From assembly GCA_010356995.1 (NCBI GenBank), contig ML996693.1, positions 806,001 through 870,000 of the forward strand: 64,000 nucleotides of DNA. The letters are read 5' to 3'. Position 1 is the stretch's first letter; the number at the start of each line of letters is the position of its first letter. The DNA comes from Trichodelitschia bisporula. Taxonomy: Eukaryota. Under the pieces are notes generated by a model. The model was not told the DNA's origin. It saw only the letters and a list, made by a program, of their open reading frames with translations, and ran no database searches. A program made the translations under genes and the position numbers. Below, one piece after another: positions 36,725 to 50,440 of the stretch.

Positions 36725-38153
36725 ATGGCTCCCACAAAACCCATCATCCCGTTCTCAGAACCCGCCTGGCTCACCGGCCTCCCGAGCCCGTACTACAACG
36801 ACTCGCACCGGCGGTGGCAGCGCGCGATCCGCGCCTTCATCTCCGAGCACCTGATCGACCATGCGCTGGAGTGGGACACGGCCGAGCTAGTCCCCGAGCA
36901 TGTATTCGACACGTTCGCGAAGGCAAATATGCTGGTGCCCGCGCTGCCGGCCCCGCTGCCCGTAGAGTGGCTCAAGAAACTGGGTGTGCATGAACTGCTC
37001 GGCGGGGTGAAGGTGGAGGAGTTTGATTATTTGCATTTTGCTATTTATACAGATGAGGTACGTGCTGTGCTGCGGCTAAGGAAGGAGCGGGGCTGATGGT
37101 AACGTAGATGTCTCGGTCTGGCCTCGGTGGCCCGCCCGGCAGCCTCACCGTCGGCGTATCCTTCGGCGTGCCGCCCATCCTTAAATTCGGCTCCAAGGCC
37201 CTGCAAGAACGGTTCCTGCCTGATCTACTCCTCGGCCGGAAACGCATCTGCATTGCGATCACAGAACCGGACGCTGGGAGCGACGTCGCGAACATCCGGA
37301 CCACTGCCACCAAGACGCCGTGCGGGAAATACTACCTCATCGAGGGGCAGAAGAAGTGGATCAGCAATGGGATCTGGTCCGACTACGCGACCATGGCGGT
37401 GCGGACAGGTGGCCCGGGACCCGGCGGGCTGAGTCTGCTAGTCGTGCCGCTGAAGGGCGCGGAGGGCGTCACGATGCGCCGGCTCAAGGTGTCCGGGCAG
37501 ATCACGGGTGGCACGACGCAGATCCTGCTCGACAACGTCAAGGTGCCGGTTGAGAACCTGCTCGGCGAGGAGGGCGCGGGCATGCGGTACATCATGACGA
37601 ATTTCAACCACGAGCGCTTGTCCATCGCGGTGGGCGCGACGCGCCAGGCGCGTGTTGCGCTGGCGACGGCATTCGAGTATGTGCTTAAGCGCGAGGCGTT
37701 TGGGAAAGCGCTGATTGAGCAACCGGTTGTGCGGCATCGGTTGAGCAAGGCGGGTGCGCTGCTGGAGAGTCAGCAGGCGTGGGTGGACCAGTTTGTGTAT
37801 CAGATGGCGAAACTGAGTAAGGCGGAGGCGGATGTTCAGCTTGGTGGGTTGACGGCGCTGGCGAAGGCTAATGCGGGGATTGTGGCGAATGAGTGTGCGC
37901 AGGTTGCTGTGCTGTTGTTTGGGGGGAATGGGTATACGCGTACAGGGCAGGGCGAGTTGGCTGAGCGTATCTATCGTGAGGTGATGGGCATCAGGTACGT
38001 CTGTTCTTCGTTAGTTCGGTGCCTTTGCTAACGCAGTTCAGGATTCCCGGCGGCTCCGAGGACGTGATGCTCGACCTCGCCATCCGCCAGCTGGTCAAGA
38101 ATTATCGTGCTCAGACGGCAGCGCTGGAACGCGAAGGCGCGGCGAAGTTGTAG
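36725..38153 (+). CDS. Acyl-CoA dehydrogenase with C-terminal PTS1 (-AKL), 443 aa; exons 36725-37057, 37108-37994, 38042-38153
   Basis: CIAITEPDAGSDVA, GQKKWISNG, NFNHERL, REAFGK, FGGNGY, IPGGSEDVM; last exon ends REGAAKL-stop. Confidence 0.93.
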
Positions 38154-41100
38154 ACGGGCGAGGTGCGGCAGATTGGCGGCGTGGCGCGGCGCCGAATGTA
38201 TATAGCCAGCGCGACGGTGTTTGGTATAGATGTCGTAGCGGAAGGCAACATGAAGATCAACCTTTGCTAATCCTGCGATGCAGAAATCTCGTGAGTGTTC
38301 ATAGCAAGAGTCGGTCTGTCGGTACCCCATCCGCCCGACCATCGTGACTTCCCCAGACTCGACGCGGAACCACGGCCCTGCCATCCAGATCCGCACATCT
38401 GCCTTGGACACCTGCATGCCCAAGGCTACAACAGGAACTCACCAGTCTTCAAAGCGCGGATCGCGCGCTCAATTCATTCCACACCGCCTCTTCGCCCAAA
38501 CCAGCGGGGAGCGTGGCGTTCCGCCTGATCCGATCTAGCCCAGAAGGTAGGCGCAGGGCGCCGCAGGATCGGACTGCAAAAAGTCCCGTCCAGGAAGTCA
38601 TGGTTAGGAAATGGAGGCCCTGCAGCAATCGAGATGCGCCGGTGACTTCTTATTTCGCGCTCTGGCGACTTACCTCGGCCAGTACTGGATGCGGATGCGT
38701 GCAGCGGCGCAGAGGGCCTGGGATGCAAGGGAGAAGAACGACAAGGACCTTGTTTGTGTCTAAGTGGGATTATAGGGAGGGCGGTTTGGGAAATGGCGAG
38801 TGGCAAAGAGGAGGGTTGGGATGGGTTCCGGGCATCACGAGGCTGGAATGAGTGGGTTTGTTCGTATATGCGATTGCGAGTTGGGCTTTTACGGCCGGTG
38901 GGAATCGTCGATTGCGGTGTTTTGTTGGGGGCAAAGACTGACGTTTGTTAGACGCTATCTGCCCGCTTGTTAAGGTTAGATGGGAAGCTTCTCAGATACT
39001 ACAGTGGACTGGTAAACAGGCGGGATATGAGGGAGACAAGCTATTGCTATGACTCCTGGAGTCAGCACTTTCTTTTAGCTACACCAGCTTCTTCAGACCC
39101 CGCACTTGAGGCAGTGGAGATGAGATGTACCGGTAGAAAACTACCCCGCTCTTGACCCCACTGAGCCACACATGCCCCTCCTCCCCCGCCACAAGGCTGA
39201 GGCCCAGCGGAGCGGAAAAACTTCCTGTTCTATAACCTGGCCCGCGTCAGACGACAAGGAGAGATTGCACAGCTTCTCATGCTTCATGCTTGTTGCTATG
39301 CTTGCTCTGCATGTCTCGCCGTGCTTCAATGCTCGACTTCAGCTGGACAGCCTAACCTAACCAGCTTTCCCCCAGTCGAATGCCCCTCAGAGACGGCTCC
39401 CAAAACATCGCCGATTGTACTTGTACCCGTGCATCACCTGCCGAGAGCGCGCTATGCGATATCGACAGCCCAACCGATTAATGCGAAGACGTCTCCGAAG
39501 GCTGGGTCTAATCTGGGAAGCTTGGGCTGCCGCCGTGGCGGTTAAAGAGCTCTCAGTGAGAAGGAAGCATACCAGCAGCTGTCATGCCCCTCCTTAAACC
39601 CCCCTTGATGTTGATTGCCCTCCCATACCACCCAAGCTTCTAGAAATTGACAAGACCATTCTTTGAAGCACATACCTGAAGCACGGTCCCCCACCGCAAT
39701 ACTCCGAAAGTACCGTACAATGGTAGGAATTAAGGCCGGTGTCAAATGCCATATGGCTCGCAGCGGCTTCACGTGAAGCCGGGATGCCCCTCCCTCCATT
39801 TTCCAGAACCCGCTCCAACGAAACCGCCCCCGGTCCCGCAGGTCGCAGGCTTGCACCCGCCACTTGCCTCCGCTAGCCGTTGGTACCCTCCACCTTTATT
39901 GTTCCCAGCCCCTCACCGATATCGGTAGCCGCAAAAGACGTGATTTCGCCAAGCTCCTGCGGTAGACGTGGGGTTCATAGAGGGGCAAATTGCACTGTTG
40001 GGTCAATCTGTCATCTCGACGATGCGGCGTCCTATCTGGCTGCCTTCAGCGGGCGGCGGGCGCTGTCACTTGATGTCTCTGTCGTGCTCTCTGCCAAAAG
40101 GAACGTGTGCGTATCTCGACAAACGAGCATGCCATTCGCCAATGGACCCTTCGGGCTTCGCTGCCCCGCGCCGCGAGTCTGGTTCAAGCTGCCGCAAAGG
40201 CTCGAGCCGCCCGCGCTAAGGTTAGACGGCAGGACCAACGTGAACGACAGGCAATACTGGTCGACGAGCTTCATGCAGCGGAACGGCATCGCAGACTGTT
40301 CATTCTGGGTACTGTTTGAGGATAATTAGCCGACCCAGCACTCCGGAATACCTCCCGTTAGGTCCGCAATGCGAGATAACTGCTCATCTTCGTGTTTGTG
40401 TCGGTACCGTATATCGCGTACATCCCACCCCCATGCTGCGCCGCGCCGTTGCCGTGGAAAGCAATACCGCTTCCTGTCTTCGAGGCGCTGCTAGGCACGT
40501 TAGAGTGGTTCGAAGGACGCGCTGGTCGCAGCGGATATATGCCCACGCAGGCTTGTCGAGGCTTGTTTCCAGGGTTTTGAGGGCCCTTGTAGGATACCGC
40601 GGAAGGGAACGTACTTTAGCACAACCGATCGCGATACGCCAGTCAGGGTGTGCGACTCGAGAGTCGTTTGCAGCACCAAGGCACCACGGCACCTTGTCCC
40701 TGCCAGCAAAGGCACGTACGTAACCTCTGACTAAGGCACGCTTATCCCAAACGTACTGCAGGTCGTGACCTCCCGACTTTTCCCGCCCTCACTTGCCGGC
40801 GTCAATTGTCCAGTGGTTCTCGCCTAGTGTGCCGCACGCGAGACGGCCACAGGAAGTTCACGACCGGGGCTTGCCTGTTCCCTTCGGTCCGGCTGGACGC
40901 GAACCGCTGCCTTCGTTCTGCACTCCACGGCCAAAAACCTGGAGTTGGCGTGGTTCCCCAGAGGGTTTGCCCCGGGCAGGTACAGGAGCGAGACTGGGGG
41001 TGGAGTTCTCTTCTACGCGAGCTCTCCCGCTGGAATGCCACGATCGCCAAGCATCGTGACGGTGACAGTAACGGGTGAAAAGATGTGCCCAAAGCTAGTT

Positions 41101-44100
41101 CAAGAGTGCTGGAAGTTGGATGTTGGAAGCAGGTCTCAGTCTCGCTAAAATGTTCCTGAATGGGACTGCCAGTGGGCCTTGGAAGGCGTGTGCTATCCCG
41201 AAACTCGAAAGCGCACGCCAATGAGGCCTGCAGACCTGCCTCGCCTTCCCGTTTCCCGGCCGATGTCCCAGCAGCGCATGCGGCTTCCGTCATCGTATCG
41301 TCAATCGCACGCGCAGCTTACTCCGACTTTTGCGCCTCGCGCTCATCGTCACTCGTGAGCGCGAGGTGACCTCAACTCGACTGAGGGGTTCTCGTCGTTT
41401 TGCGGGGTAAAGTTCCCCAGCTTTCTTCCCCAACTCGGCGGCGCTCCGCACGTCCGGCCCCAAACGAACAACGCGGGGCAACGGCAACCGCTCGATGATT
41501 CACATGGGTGGGCGTGCTCGCCCAGCCGTGGTGGCGTGGAGAAATAACGGGGTTCTGGGGAAGCTGTGGCCAATATCTCGATCTTCGCGAGATGTCGCTG
41601 GCAACGGCGGCAGCCAGTCCCGCTGCGGATAGGTTACGAGTGCACACCCACCGCAGTGTCGGTCAGCTTCAATCCTCCCTATCGTGCACGCGGCTTGGTG
41701 TAGGCGGCCTCGGTGCGGAGACATGGAGAATGTCCGGGGTGGGCCACGATGCGGGGGGTGGTGCGGGACGCCATAATCCCCGAGTCTGAGCCGTGATGCC
41801 GTGCGTTTTTTTGGGTCATGCATGAAGACGGAGGACTTACGGCGTGCGGAGGAGGTGGGACGGAGCGACGCCGTAGGCTACGGATACGGGTGCCGTGGGC
41901 GCCTAGGTGCTCTTGAAGTCGCTGCTCGACCGGTCCGAGAGCGCTTCTGTTGTGACAGAGGTGGGGTATCCCGTGGAGCAACCTGTGATCGCCGCGCCCC
42001 CCGCAAAACGGTTGACGTCCAGACTGTGCGGGCGGGGAGGCGTGGCCAACCACCGCCCGCAAATGCAGCTGTCATGACCTGGCCCTACGATGGGCGAGGC
42101 GGACAGGACGGGCAGAAGGATGGGGTGGGAAGGAATATTCATGCGTGCGTTTCTGCAGGTGTACTCGATGTGGTTCGAGTAACGACCCAATGTCCAGGCC
42201 TGGCTAAACGAGTGCTCGGTTTCGCGACACCGAAGATCGAAAAGACCTATCCTAACAAGGCCATCCAGATCAAATACTGATCTCGATGCGTTCCCACTTG
42301 CACCATCGCAGAAAGATATGGCAATCAGGTCAATGGAACTCTCAAGTTCGCGCGACCAGCTACCTTTGGGACGGGCAATTTTTTCGCCTGGCTAGCATGG
42401 GGGAAGTAGATCGCGGAATGAACATCAGTCAGCATGAAGTTTAGTGCGTGAGGTTCTCGAACGCGAAGAGAAATTGAGTGCCTGCTAGGTCCGGGTGGCA
42501 AACCCTTGGCTAGTTCGCAAGAAAGAGAACAGCTGGGGAAGTGTCAATTAGAGACTGGAAGCACTACCGGACTATGTACCCGATGACTGGCTGGCTCTTG
42601 CGACAAAAACTGCACTGGTCGGCGTGTCTCGTCGCTTCAATGCGCCGACGGCACGGTGTGCCGATTTGCTGGCATCAGATAACCTTACGGTGCGCACGAG
42701 ATCTGCGGCGCTTGCCCCGCGTCGTGAAAAAAAAGCTGGAGGCGGAGGTGGAGGTGGATGTGGAGTTAAAGCGGAGTAGGCGGAGGTGAGTGTGCAAGGA
42801 GGGGCATCCAAGTCGCAGTCAGACGGCAAGCGACGTGGGGACAAATTATGCTGAGCCGTAACGGGAAAAAACCTCGGCACTTTTGCCATTTGAGAAACAA
42901 CAACAGCGGCAAGCCAGGCTGTGCGCAGACCGCAACAACACCGAACTCCAACATCCTAGCCAGCTTGGCTTCATCACCGTTTTTGGGGATGGCGATGTAC
43001 GATGCGCCAATGGCGCGACACCTCAACCATAGCTGCGGGACTGAGCTCTGACGAATCTCGTGTCTTCAACCGCTCTCCATCGGCATGCCGGTGGCTTGGC
43101 CCGTAACACACTCGTCGCGGCCGGTGAGGCTGGAGGTCCGAATGACTTTCCAGTTGGACGCTTTTGTCAGCCCTTCGCTGGCCTCGTGAACACTTGGGGC
43201 CCCCGAATCCCAAATCCCGAACTCAAGAGCTTAAGGAAAGGAAAAAAAATCAGGAACTAGGCAACGCCGTGAATGCCTCTCTGCTAAACTAGTTGTACCT
43301 GGCGCGAATGAATTTGGGTGGGGATAAGGTACCTGTGACTGCGGGGATGGGGGTGTATGGCACGTGTGGCCAAAAACGTAGGGTGGCGTCAAGACCGCGA
43401 GGCGACTGCACGCCGCTCTCTAACTGCTAGCTGGACCCGCTCTGGCCCACGAGCATGCTTCGAATATTGGAAGTGTGGAGGTTAGCTCGAGGGGTTAGCG
43501 GGGCAGTCTGATCTGACTGGGAAGAGGGGGTTGGCCGTTCTGCGGGGAGGGGGTGAAAGATGAGATGTCATCGAAGAGGGGAAGATGAGGGCTGTTTCGC
43601 CATGAGGCTGGATTGTACTTGTAGTTGGGACTGGAGTTCGCGAGGTTCACAGGTACATTTGAGTGAGGGCAAGCGCTGTTTTGTCGGAGTAGGAATTCCG
43701 GCCCATATCCGAGGTTCCCTCTCCGTTTACCCTGTCTAGGCGCCAAGCTTCAGGTAATGTTAAGACATCTTTTCTCTTTCTCTCTCTGCAGTCTCACTTC
43801 TGTTTTCATTAACCACCTCCTCCCCAATCTTGTCTGTTTCTGCAATGGCCGATGGATCACTAACCACGCCCTAAGTCTAACGAAATAGTGTGCACGGTGT
43901 ACTCTGTACTTGATACTCTTGACAGAGAGAAAAGAGGGCGAGTATCAGCTGCCAGTGAAAGTACGAAAGTACCAAGACAACGAACATGTTTAGAATCGGG
44001 GATCCCTCCAATGGTACCATGATAGCAAAACAACCCCCACAAGGCATGGCCGCCAATTGAGCGTCTGAGGCACGCTATCGCCATTTCACCCTTCTCCACC

Positions 44101-44885
44101 TCTACTCCAACTTTTTTTCCACGCTGTTAGCGCAATCTCCCAGGACTTCGTTCGGTACGAACAGCTGTCCCATTCCGAAGGTAAGCCCCAGCTTCTAATC
44201 TTTGGCTGCGCAAACTGCGCAAGACACATGGTATTCATTGTAGGAAATGGGCATAACGTTCACTGCTGTTTATGCCCGCGAGACTCATTTCGCCCTATTT
44301 CCTAAGCTTCTGCTGAGTCTAAGTCGACTCCGATATGCTCTCTCGGCCTTTCTCAGTAATCCCCCCCCGTTTTCTGCATACCCCTCCCCATCAATCCCTC
44401 TGGCCCGCCGCCCTTCTCCACAACCCCCCCGCCTCCTCCCCCGCCACATATCCCAGTAAGCTACCCCTCCACCTCAACCTACCCCATGGGTAAAGTCTCC
44501 GAGAAACCCACTACACGAGCTCAGTGGCGTAACATTATGGCACGTACGTCGTCCTAATCCCCTCTAAACGCCTCGAACCCTTCGACGATCGTGCGTGGAT
44601 CAAATTTGGGCCCATCATCCCATGCCTTCACACTAGCTAGCGAATGCACCAGCCCGCCGCCGCTGACGGCGCCCACATTTCCCGCCCAATCGACTCGTCT
44701 ACTTATAACCATTGAGTCCCCCCTGCTTCGCCTTGACGGTAGTAATGGCCCTCGTGCACATATCCCATTGCTCTCGCACTTGTAACTGTTGCTCCTCCAT
44801 CCATTCGCCCTTTATATCTTGACATTTGCGCAAGCTACCTTGTTCCCATTTTTCCTCTTGAGGAACCGAAGAAGAAGAACTCCCA

Positions 44886-47718
44886 ATGTCTATCAGCATG
44901 TCGGACTCCGCTATGACGCCGCCGGAACTTCCCTCCGAACCGCAGCCGCAAAAACGCAAGGCTTCCGCCGCCGGCCTTGACGGGAATCCCGGCCAGACAC
45001 GCGCCGTTAAGCGGAGAGCTTCCAAGGCCTGCCAGTGCTGCCGTGCCCGGAAGGTTCGCTGCAACGTTACCGAACACGGAGCGCCTTGCACCAACTGCCG
45101 CCTGGACGAAGTCGAATGCATCGTCTCCGAAAGTCGGAGGAAGAAGTCAGTTGCCACCTTGTCCTCATTTCGCTTTTTTTCTGATAGCCCCTCAATTGCG
45201 CCGTTGTGTTCATTCGTTTCTCTTGCCTCGTTCGCTGCACTTTCCAATTCACTTTATCGGCCGGCAGCTTACGTTAACAGGAAATGGAGCAAGGATGGCG
45301 AGGCTCAAGTGGAGATCGATGCCTCGGTAGCAAAGACCAACACGCGTAAATTGGCTTCTCGAACATCGCTCGATGGCCTCCATCACTATCCCAACCCCGC
45401 CACCTCGGCCGCGCGTGCGTCACATGACTTGAACACGCCGCTTGGGGAGCATGTTCCGCACTCAATATGTCAGTACATGCCAGAATTGCGTTTAGCAGTT
45501 GCTTCTGGAGCTGGGCTCATGTATTGCACTAGACCAAAGTACTGGCCATCGCTTGAATCTGAGTCTGCAGTCACTCAATCGCCGATTGTCACCAAATGTT
45601 ACCCCGACGTTTCCCGCCCTTCACCAGCAGAGCCCGCTCTCAACCGACTCCGCCTACTTCTCACCCTCATCACGGTATCCCGTCCCTAACCTGCCGTACT
45701 ACATCAAACCGCTTCCAGCGCGCATCGGCCCGGATGAAGTCGCCTACCTCGAGAAGAAGGGCGCTCTCACGGTGCCCACCACTCTTTTGCGCAATGAGCT
45801 ACTCCGGGCCTATATCGAATTTGTGCATCCGTACATGCCACTGATCGACTTATGCGATTTCATCATGATCATCGAAAGCAATAATGGCACCCTTGGCCGA
45901 ATCAGTCTCATCCTGTATCAGGCCGTAATGTTTGCCGGCTCCGCTTTCGTTGAAGCCGAGCATCTGCACAATGCAGGCTATGCCACTCGCAAGGAAGCAA
46001 GGAAGGACTTTTTCCAGAAGACAAGGGTATGCCTTCTCTTCACATGCTTTATCACATGCTAATCTAACCCCCAGCTACTGTACGAGTTCGACTATGAGTC
46101 GGATCGGGTTGCGCTGGTTCAGGCATTGTTGCTGCTGACCTACTATTACGAGACGCCAGATGACCAGAAAGACACATGGCACTGGATGGGCGTGGCTACC
46201 TCGGTGGCCCACACCATTGGCCTGCACCGCAACCCCGAACGGTCCAACATGTCGGCCAAGAAGACGAAGCTGTGGAAGCGCATCTGGTGGTCGACGTACA
46301 TGCGCGATCGTCTCATCGCCCTCGGCATGCGGCGTCCCACGCGCATAAAGACGGAAGACTACGATGTGCCCATGCTGACCCTGGACGACTTCGAGATCGA
46401 CGTCATCCCGGAGTCTGTCACATGCGTCCCGGCCGAATGCTTGCTCGCCCGCGATGTCGAGATGCAGCGGCAGCTGGCTATCATGTGCATTGAGAAAGCT
46501 AAGCTGTGCCTCTGCATCAGCCACGTGCTCTCGAAGCAGTACTGTGTGCTCAACAACAACCAAGGCATGGTCAACGACCGCACGACTATGATGCTGCTGC
46601 CCAAGAAGCTCGACCCGGAGACCTGCGAGGTGCGCACCTGCGACGAAGAGCTGCAGCAATGGCTCGAAGAGCTGCCCGAGGAGGCCAAGCACCGCGACTC
46701 CTTCACCGGCTCGCCGCCCATCGATCTCAACCGCGCCCTGCTCCACATGGTCTTCTACACCACGCTCTCCGCCCTGCACCGCCCGCAGGTGCTCCCCTCC
46801 GCCCCTGTCGCCTCCCCGGCCTCAGACGCCGGCTTCAACCTCCTCGACTGCTCACGCCGCGCCGTCCGCCGCGCCGCCACGGCAATCACTCAGCTGGCCG
46901 GGGCCCTCGATGCAGCCGACATGGTACGGTACCTGCCAACAACCGGTGTGACCGTCCTCCTCCCGGCGATCATAATCCACCTCCTGGACATCAAGGCGCC
47001 AGAAGAGGACACACGCCGCTCCTCCCTCCGCGGCTTCTGCCAATGCATGGTTGTCATGGGGAAACTGCGCGACATCTACGCGGCCGCAGACTACAGCACT
47101 GCCTTCCTCGAAGCCGCAATCCGCAAAGCGGGCATCCAGATCGCGCCCCCCACCGCCGCCTCCTCCCCCGCCGATATCGCCTTAGGCAAGATGCAACCTA
47201 TTGCCACGGTCGAAGACCTCGTCAACGCCGGCCGCCGCATGGACATGACCCCGCCCCCAGACGAGTCGGTCAATAGCACGGACTCGTCCCCTGGGAGCGG
47301 CGACGCCGGCCCCACGCTCGCGGACGAGGAGGTCGCGAGGCGCCTCGAGACCTTCCTGGCTAGCACGCCCCCGAACAGCGACCACGCGGACGATGCGTCC
47401 GGGCTGTTTGGTGTGGTGCCTGTCCCGGTGTCGGCGTGCACAGATACGACGTGCGGCGATAGCGGGATTGGGTGTGGGGAGAGCACGGATGCGGAGGAGT
47501 GCGAGCATGCGCACGAGCACGTGGGCAAGGTGGAGGGCCCGGAGTATCGGCTTTTTTCGACGACGGTGTTGCCCGAGTTTGAGCAGGATGAGTTTGATGC
47601 GCTGCTTAACTTTGATGCGGTTGGTGATCCGAGCTGGAATTTTGATGATGGTGGTGTGCATGGGTTTACGGTTGATATGGATTGGCTTGGGGCCGCTGGG
47701 GCCGCTGGGGGGGTTTAA
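44886..47718 (+). CDS. farB: Zn(II)2Cys6 transcription factor, FarB/cutinase transcription factor 1 beta type, ~861 aa; exons 44886-45145, 45281-45468, 45533-46026, 46075-47718
   Basis: KRRASKACQCCRARKVRCNVTEHGAPCTNCRLDEVECIVSESRRKK cluster, FVHPYMP, LLYEFDYESDR, WKRIWWSTYMRDRLIALGMRRP, SALHRPQVLP, YLPTTGVTVLLPA. Confidence 0.85.
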
Positions 47719-48346
47719 TTTCCCATTTGAGTTGGTTCTTGGTTCTGGATGCTTTTCAGCGGCGCTTCAGGTTGGGTTTGGCTAGACGGCTGACTGGCGT
47801 TGGTTGCCATTCGAGGGCGGGGCTTTCAAAACATCCTCAAGATTTCGGGGCAGGCGCTTTCACGGGTTGCTTTCTGTTTCTTCGTAATGATACCATGACC
47901 GTCAACGCGTTCCTCAGCACTTAGTTTCCTTGGAATCAGGCATACGATATTGGCAAGAATGATGGCTTCCGCAATGCACTTGATACATAAGTTTTAGCCC
48001 GTTCCAGAGCAGCGAAAATAAGAAGCAAGCTTTCCCGTAGACCTCGCGGCCTCCGCGTCTCGCCAAGTATACAAAAAGAGAAAAATCCATTGGTCCCTGT
48101 CCCGCAGCCATGGGTATACGTAAAACCGTCGTTGAAGACCGACGTGAGATGCCACTGGGTCTAAGAAGACGATTCGTGCCGGATCCCGGATCAGCTCCCG
48201 ACAAGAACCCTCTTCCCATTCACGCCGAGTGCGCCGGATATGCGGCCCTGCCTCGTACGGTTGTTGAATCCGTATCCAGCAAGGCTTCGACATGAATTCC
48301 CAAGCAGGCAGCAAAAAAGTAATGCAAACTCACTAGCCCTCACTGC

Positions 48347-49668
48347 TTACTCCTCCTGCGCCCATCGTCGCTCCCGCAACGGGATCTCTCCCTTCTCCGC
48401 CCCCGCTTCCCTCAGCAGTGCGTCCTTCCACGCCCAGTACTCACCTAAGCGGACCTGGGCGTAGTTGGCGTAGTCGAAGTCGATCGTGCTGATTTTAGCC
48501 TGGATCAGAGCCCAGATTCCCCAGTAAAAGCCAGGTGCGCCGCGGAACGCATCCACTTCCGCAAAGAGCTGGTCAAGGTCTGCTGGATCAAACTTGCGGT
48601 TCAAAAAGGAGTTGTACGACGAGAGATAGGCCTGCAAGAACTCTCTCCGCTGCGAGCGGGTCGGCAGAACCGAAAAGTCGCAGTCGAAGCCTCCCCACTC
48701 GGCAAAATGGTTTGCAATGTCAAATGCCGCGGGTGAAGGGGTCGCATATTCGTAGTCAATGAAGCTGACTGGAAGGGTGGCAGGCTCAGTAGATATCGCG
48801 CTGAGGGCAGGAGAGCTTGCAGACGAGCTGTGTGGGGAGGTTGAAGCAGGCTCGGAAACAGCAGGGGGAAGAACAATAACGTTTCCAGAAAGGAGATCAC
48901 AGTGAGCGAAGATATAAAGCTGGTTGCCGATGCCGGTAGCTTTGCTCAGCTTCTCCGTGAGCCATGTGAGCTCAGAATTGAGAAGCGCCTTTTGCTCCTT
49001 CTCTGCGGGTGTGTCTTCGGTGAGAGCGGTAATCCACTTCTGCATCACAGTCCAGATGTTAGGGACCGGCTTCGCTAACGGACTGGGCACCGCTACGGGC
49101 ATGACCGCATGCCATTCCGCGAGCCTCTTTGCTACCCCGCGAAATATCTCTGAGCGGCGCAAGTCCTCTGGTGAGCACACCTTGCCCTCTATGAACTTGT
49201 ACAGCAACCCGTTGTTGAAGCGTGCAAACAACGGAGGCGCGAGCTGGTGAGCCGCTAGAGACGAGTGCGAAGCACATTCCCCTTACCCGGAATTAGGCAG
49301 ATGCATTACGGAATGTCCGGAACACTCACGATTGCGGTCTATGAGCACATCGGTACCTCTGCCGTAGGCGCGCAGTAATATTGCCTCCTGGTCAATGTCA
49401 TGCTGCGAGAGGCCGGGGAATCGGTTCTCTGCTTTGAGAAGCTGCGCAAGCCAGTACATCAGCCCACATTCGTCCGGCAGTAATTCCCAGACAGAACGCA
49501 TGCCCTTCAACGTACAGTGTTGGTTATGCCATCTGTGAAGCGCACAAACTCGATTGTGTCCTGGGATGGTTCCCACTCGGGACGAAGCGCGAGCACTAGG
49601 CGCAAGGCCGACTTGCGTGAATCGGCATTATCGTAGTACAGATCGATATGTTTGACTTCGCTGGCCAT
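48347..49668 (-). CDS. Ethanolamine/choline kinase; exons 49668-49516, 49441-49330, 49281-48347
   Basis: FTDGITNT|LLK, LLRAYGRGTDVLIDR, ARFNNGLLY, Brenner motif HCDLLSGN, FIDYEYA, FDIANHFAEW; introns 49515-49442 and 49329-49282. Confidence 0.92.
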
Positions 49669-50440
49669 TTTTTATGGTGGCCTTGTACTGGCTGGGTAGA
49701 TACTAGGATGCGGAAGTTAGCCAGGTGTACATCTTTGTCCAGCCAATATTTAGCGACATGACGTGGGTCGTGTAACAGTACATTCACATGTGCATCCTAC
49801 GGGGATTGAGAAGCAAGCAAACTAGGTAAAGGCCCGGAAGAAAGGATAAGACGTACCAAGAGAAGAATGATAGCAGAGATTGAGGCGGTTGTTGTAGCGT
49901 CTTTGACAGTGTGCCGGGAAGAATTGGAGGTAGTAGGCCGCCCGCAAAAGGTCTCGTGCCCTTTTTCTTTGAGATGTTGAGGACCAGAAGCCGGGGACAA
50001 GGGGACTTCTCTCCGTTCCCCTCCCCCAGAGTCTCAACCCATGCTAGTATGCCTTAGGCTTCGAGCTGAATGAACGCCGACCGGCATCGGCCCGTCGGTT
50101 TGCCGTCCCGTTGACACGTGATTATGGATGGACGTCGGCGGCTTGATGGCATCCGACGACACCACTGGGGCTCCCAATCTCGTGCCTTGCATCCTATCCC
50201 TTTTCTATAATCTTGCTGGCGAGCTGACAGCTCTCGGGGCACATGATATTTATGCCCGATCCTGTCATGTGCTGTCCCCTTAGGGGTGTTCCACAACCTG
50301 CTGTGGCAAGGCGAATGAGTGCTTGGCTACCCTTGCATTGATCTGCTGTGTCCAACTTCACGTCATATGTTTACGACTCTAAGTACACTTTCGTGCCGGT
50401 AGCATTCTTTGTTGACTTTCTCTATCCTCATGGTTCAACG

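Noticed and set aside
42494..42502. GGTGGCAAA (Rpn4/PACE element)
   Set aside because: Single copy 2.4 kb from the nearest start and not near SEM1; probably chance.
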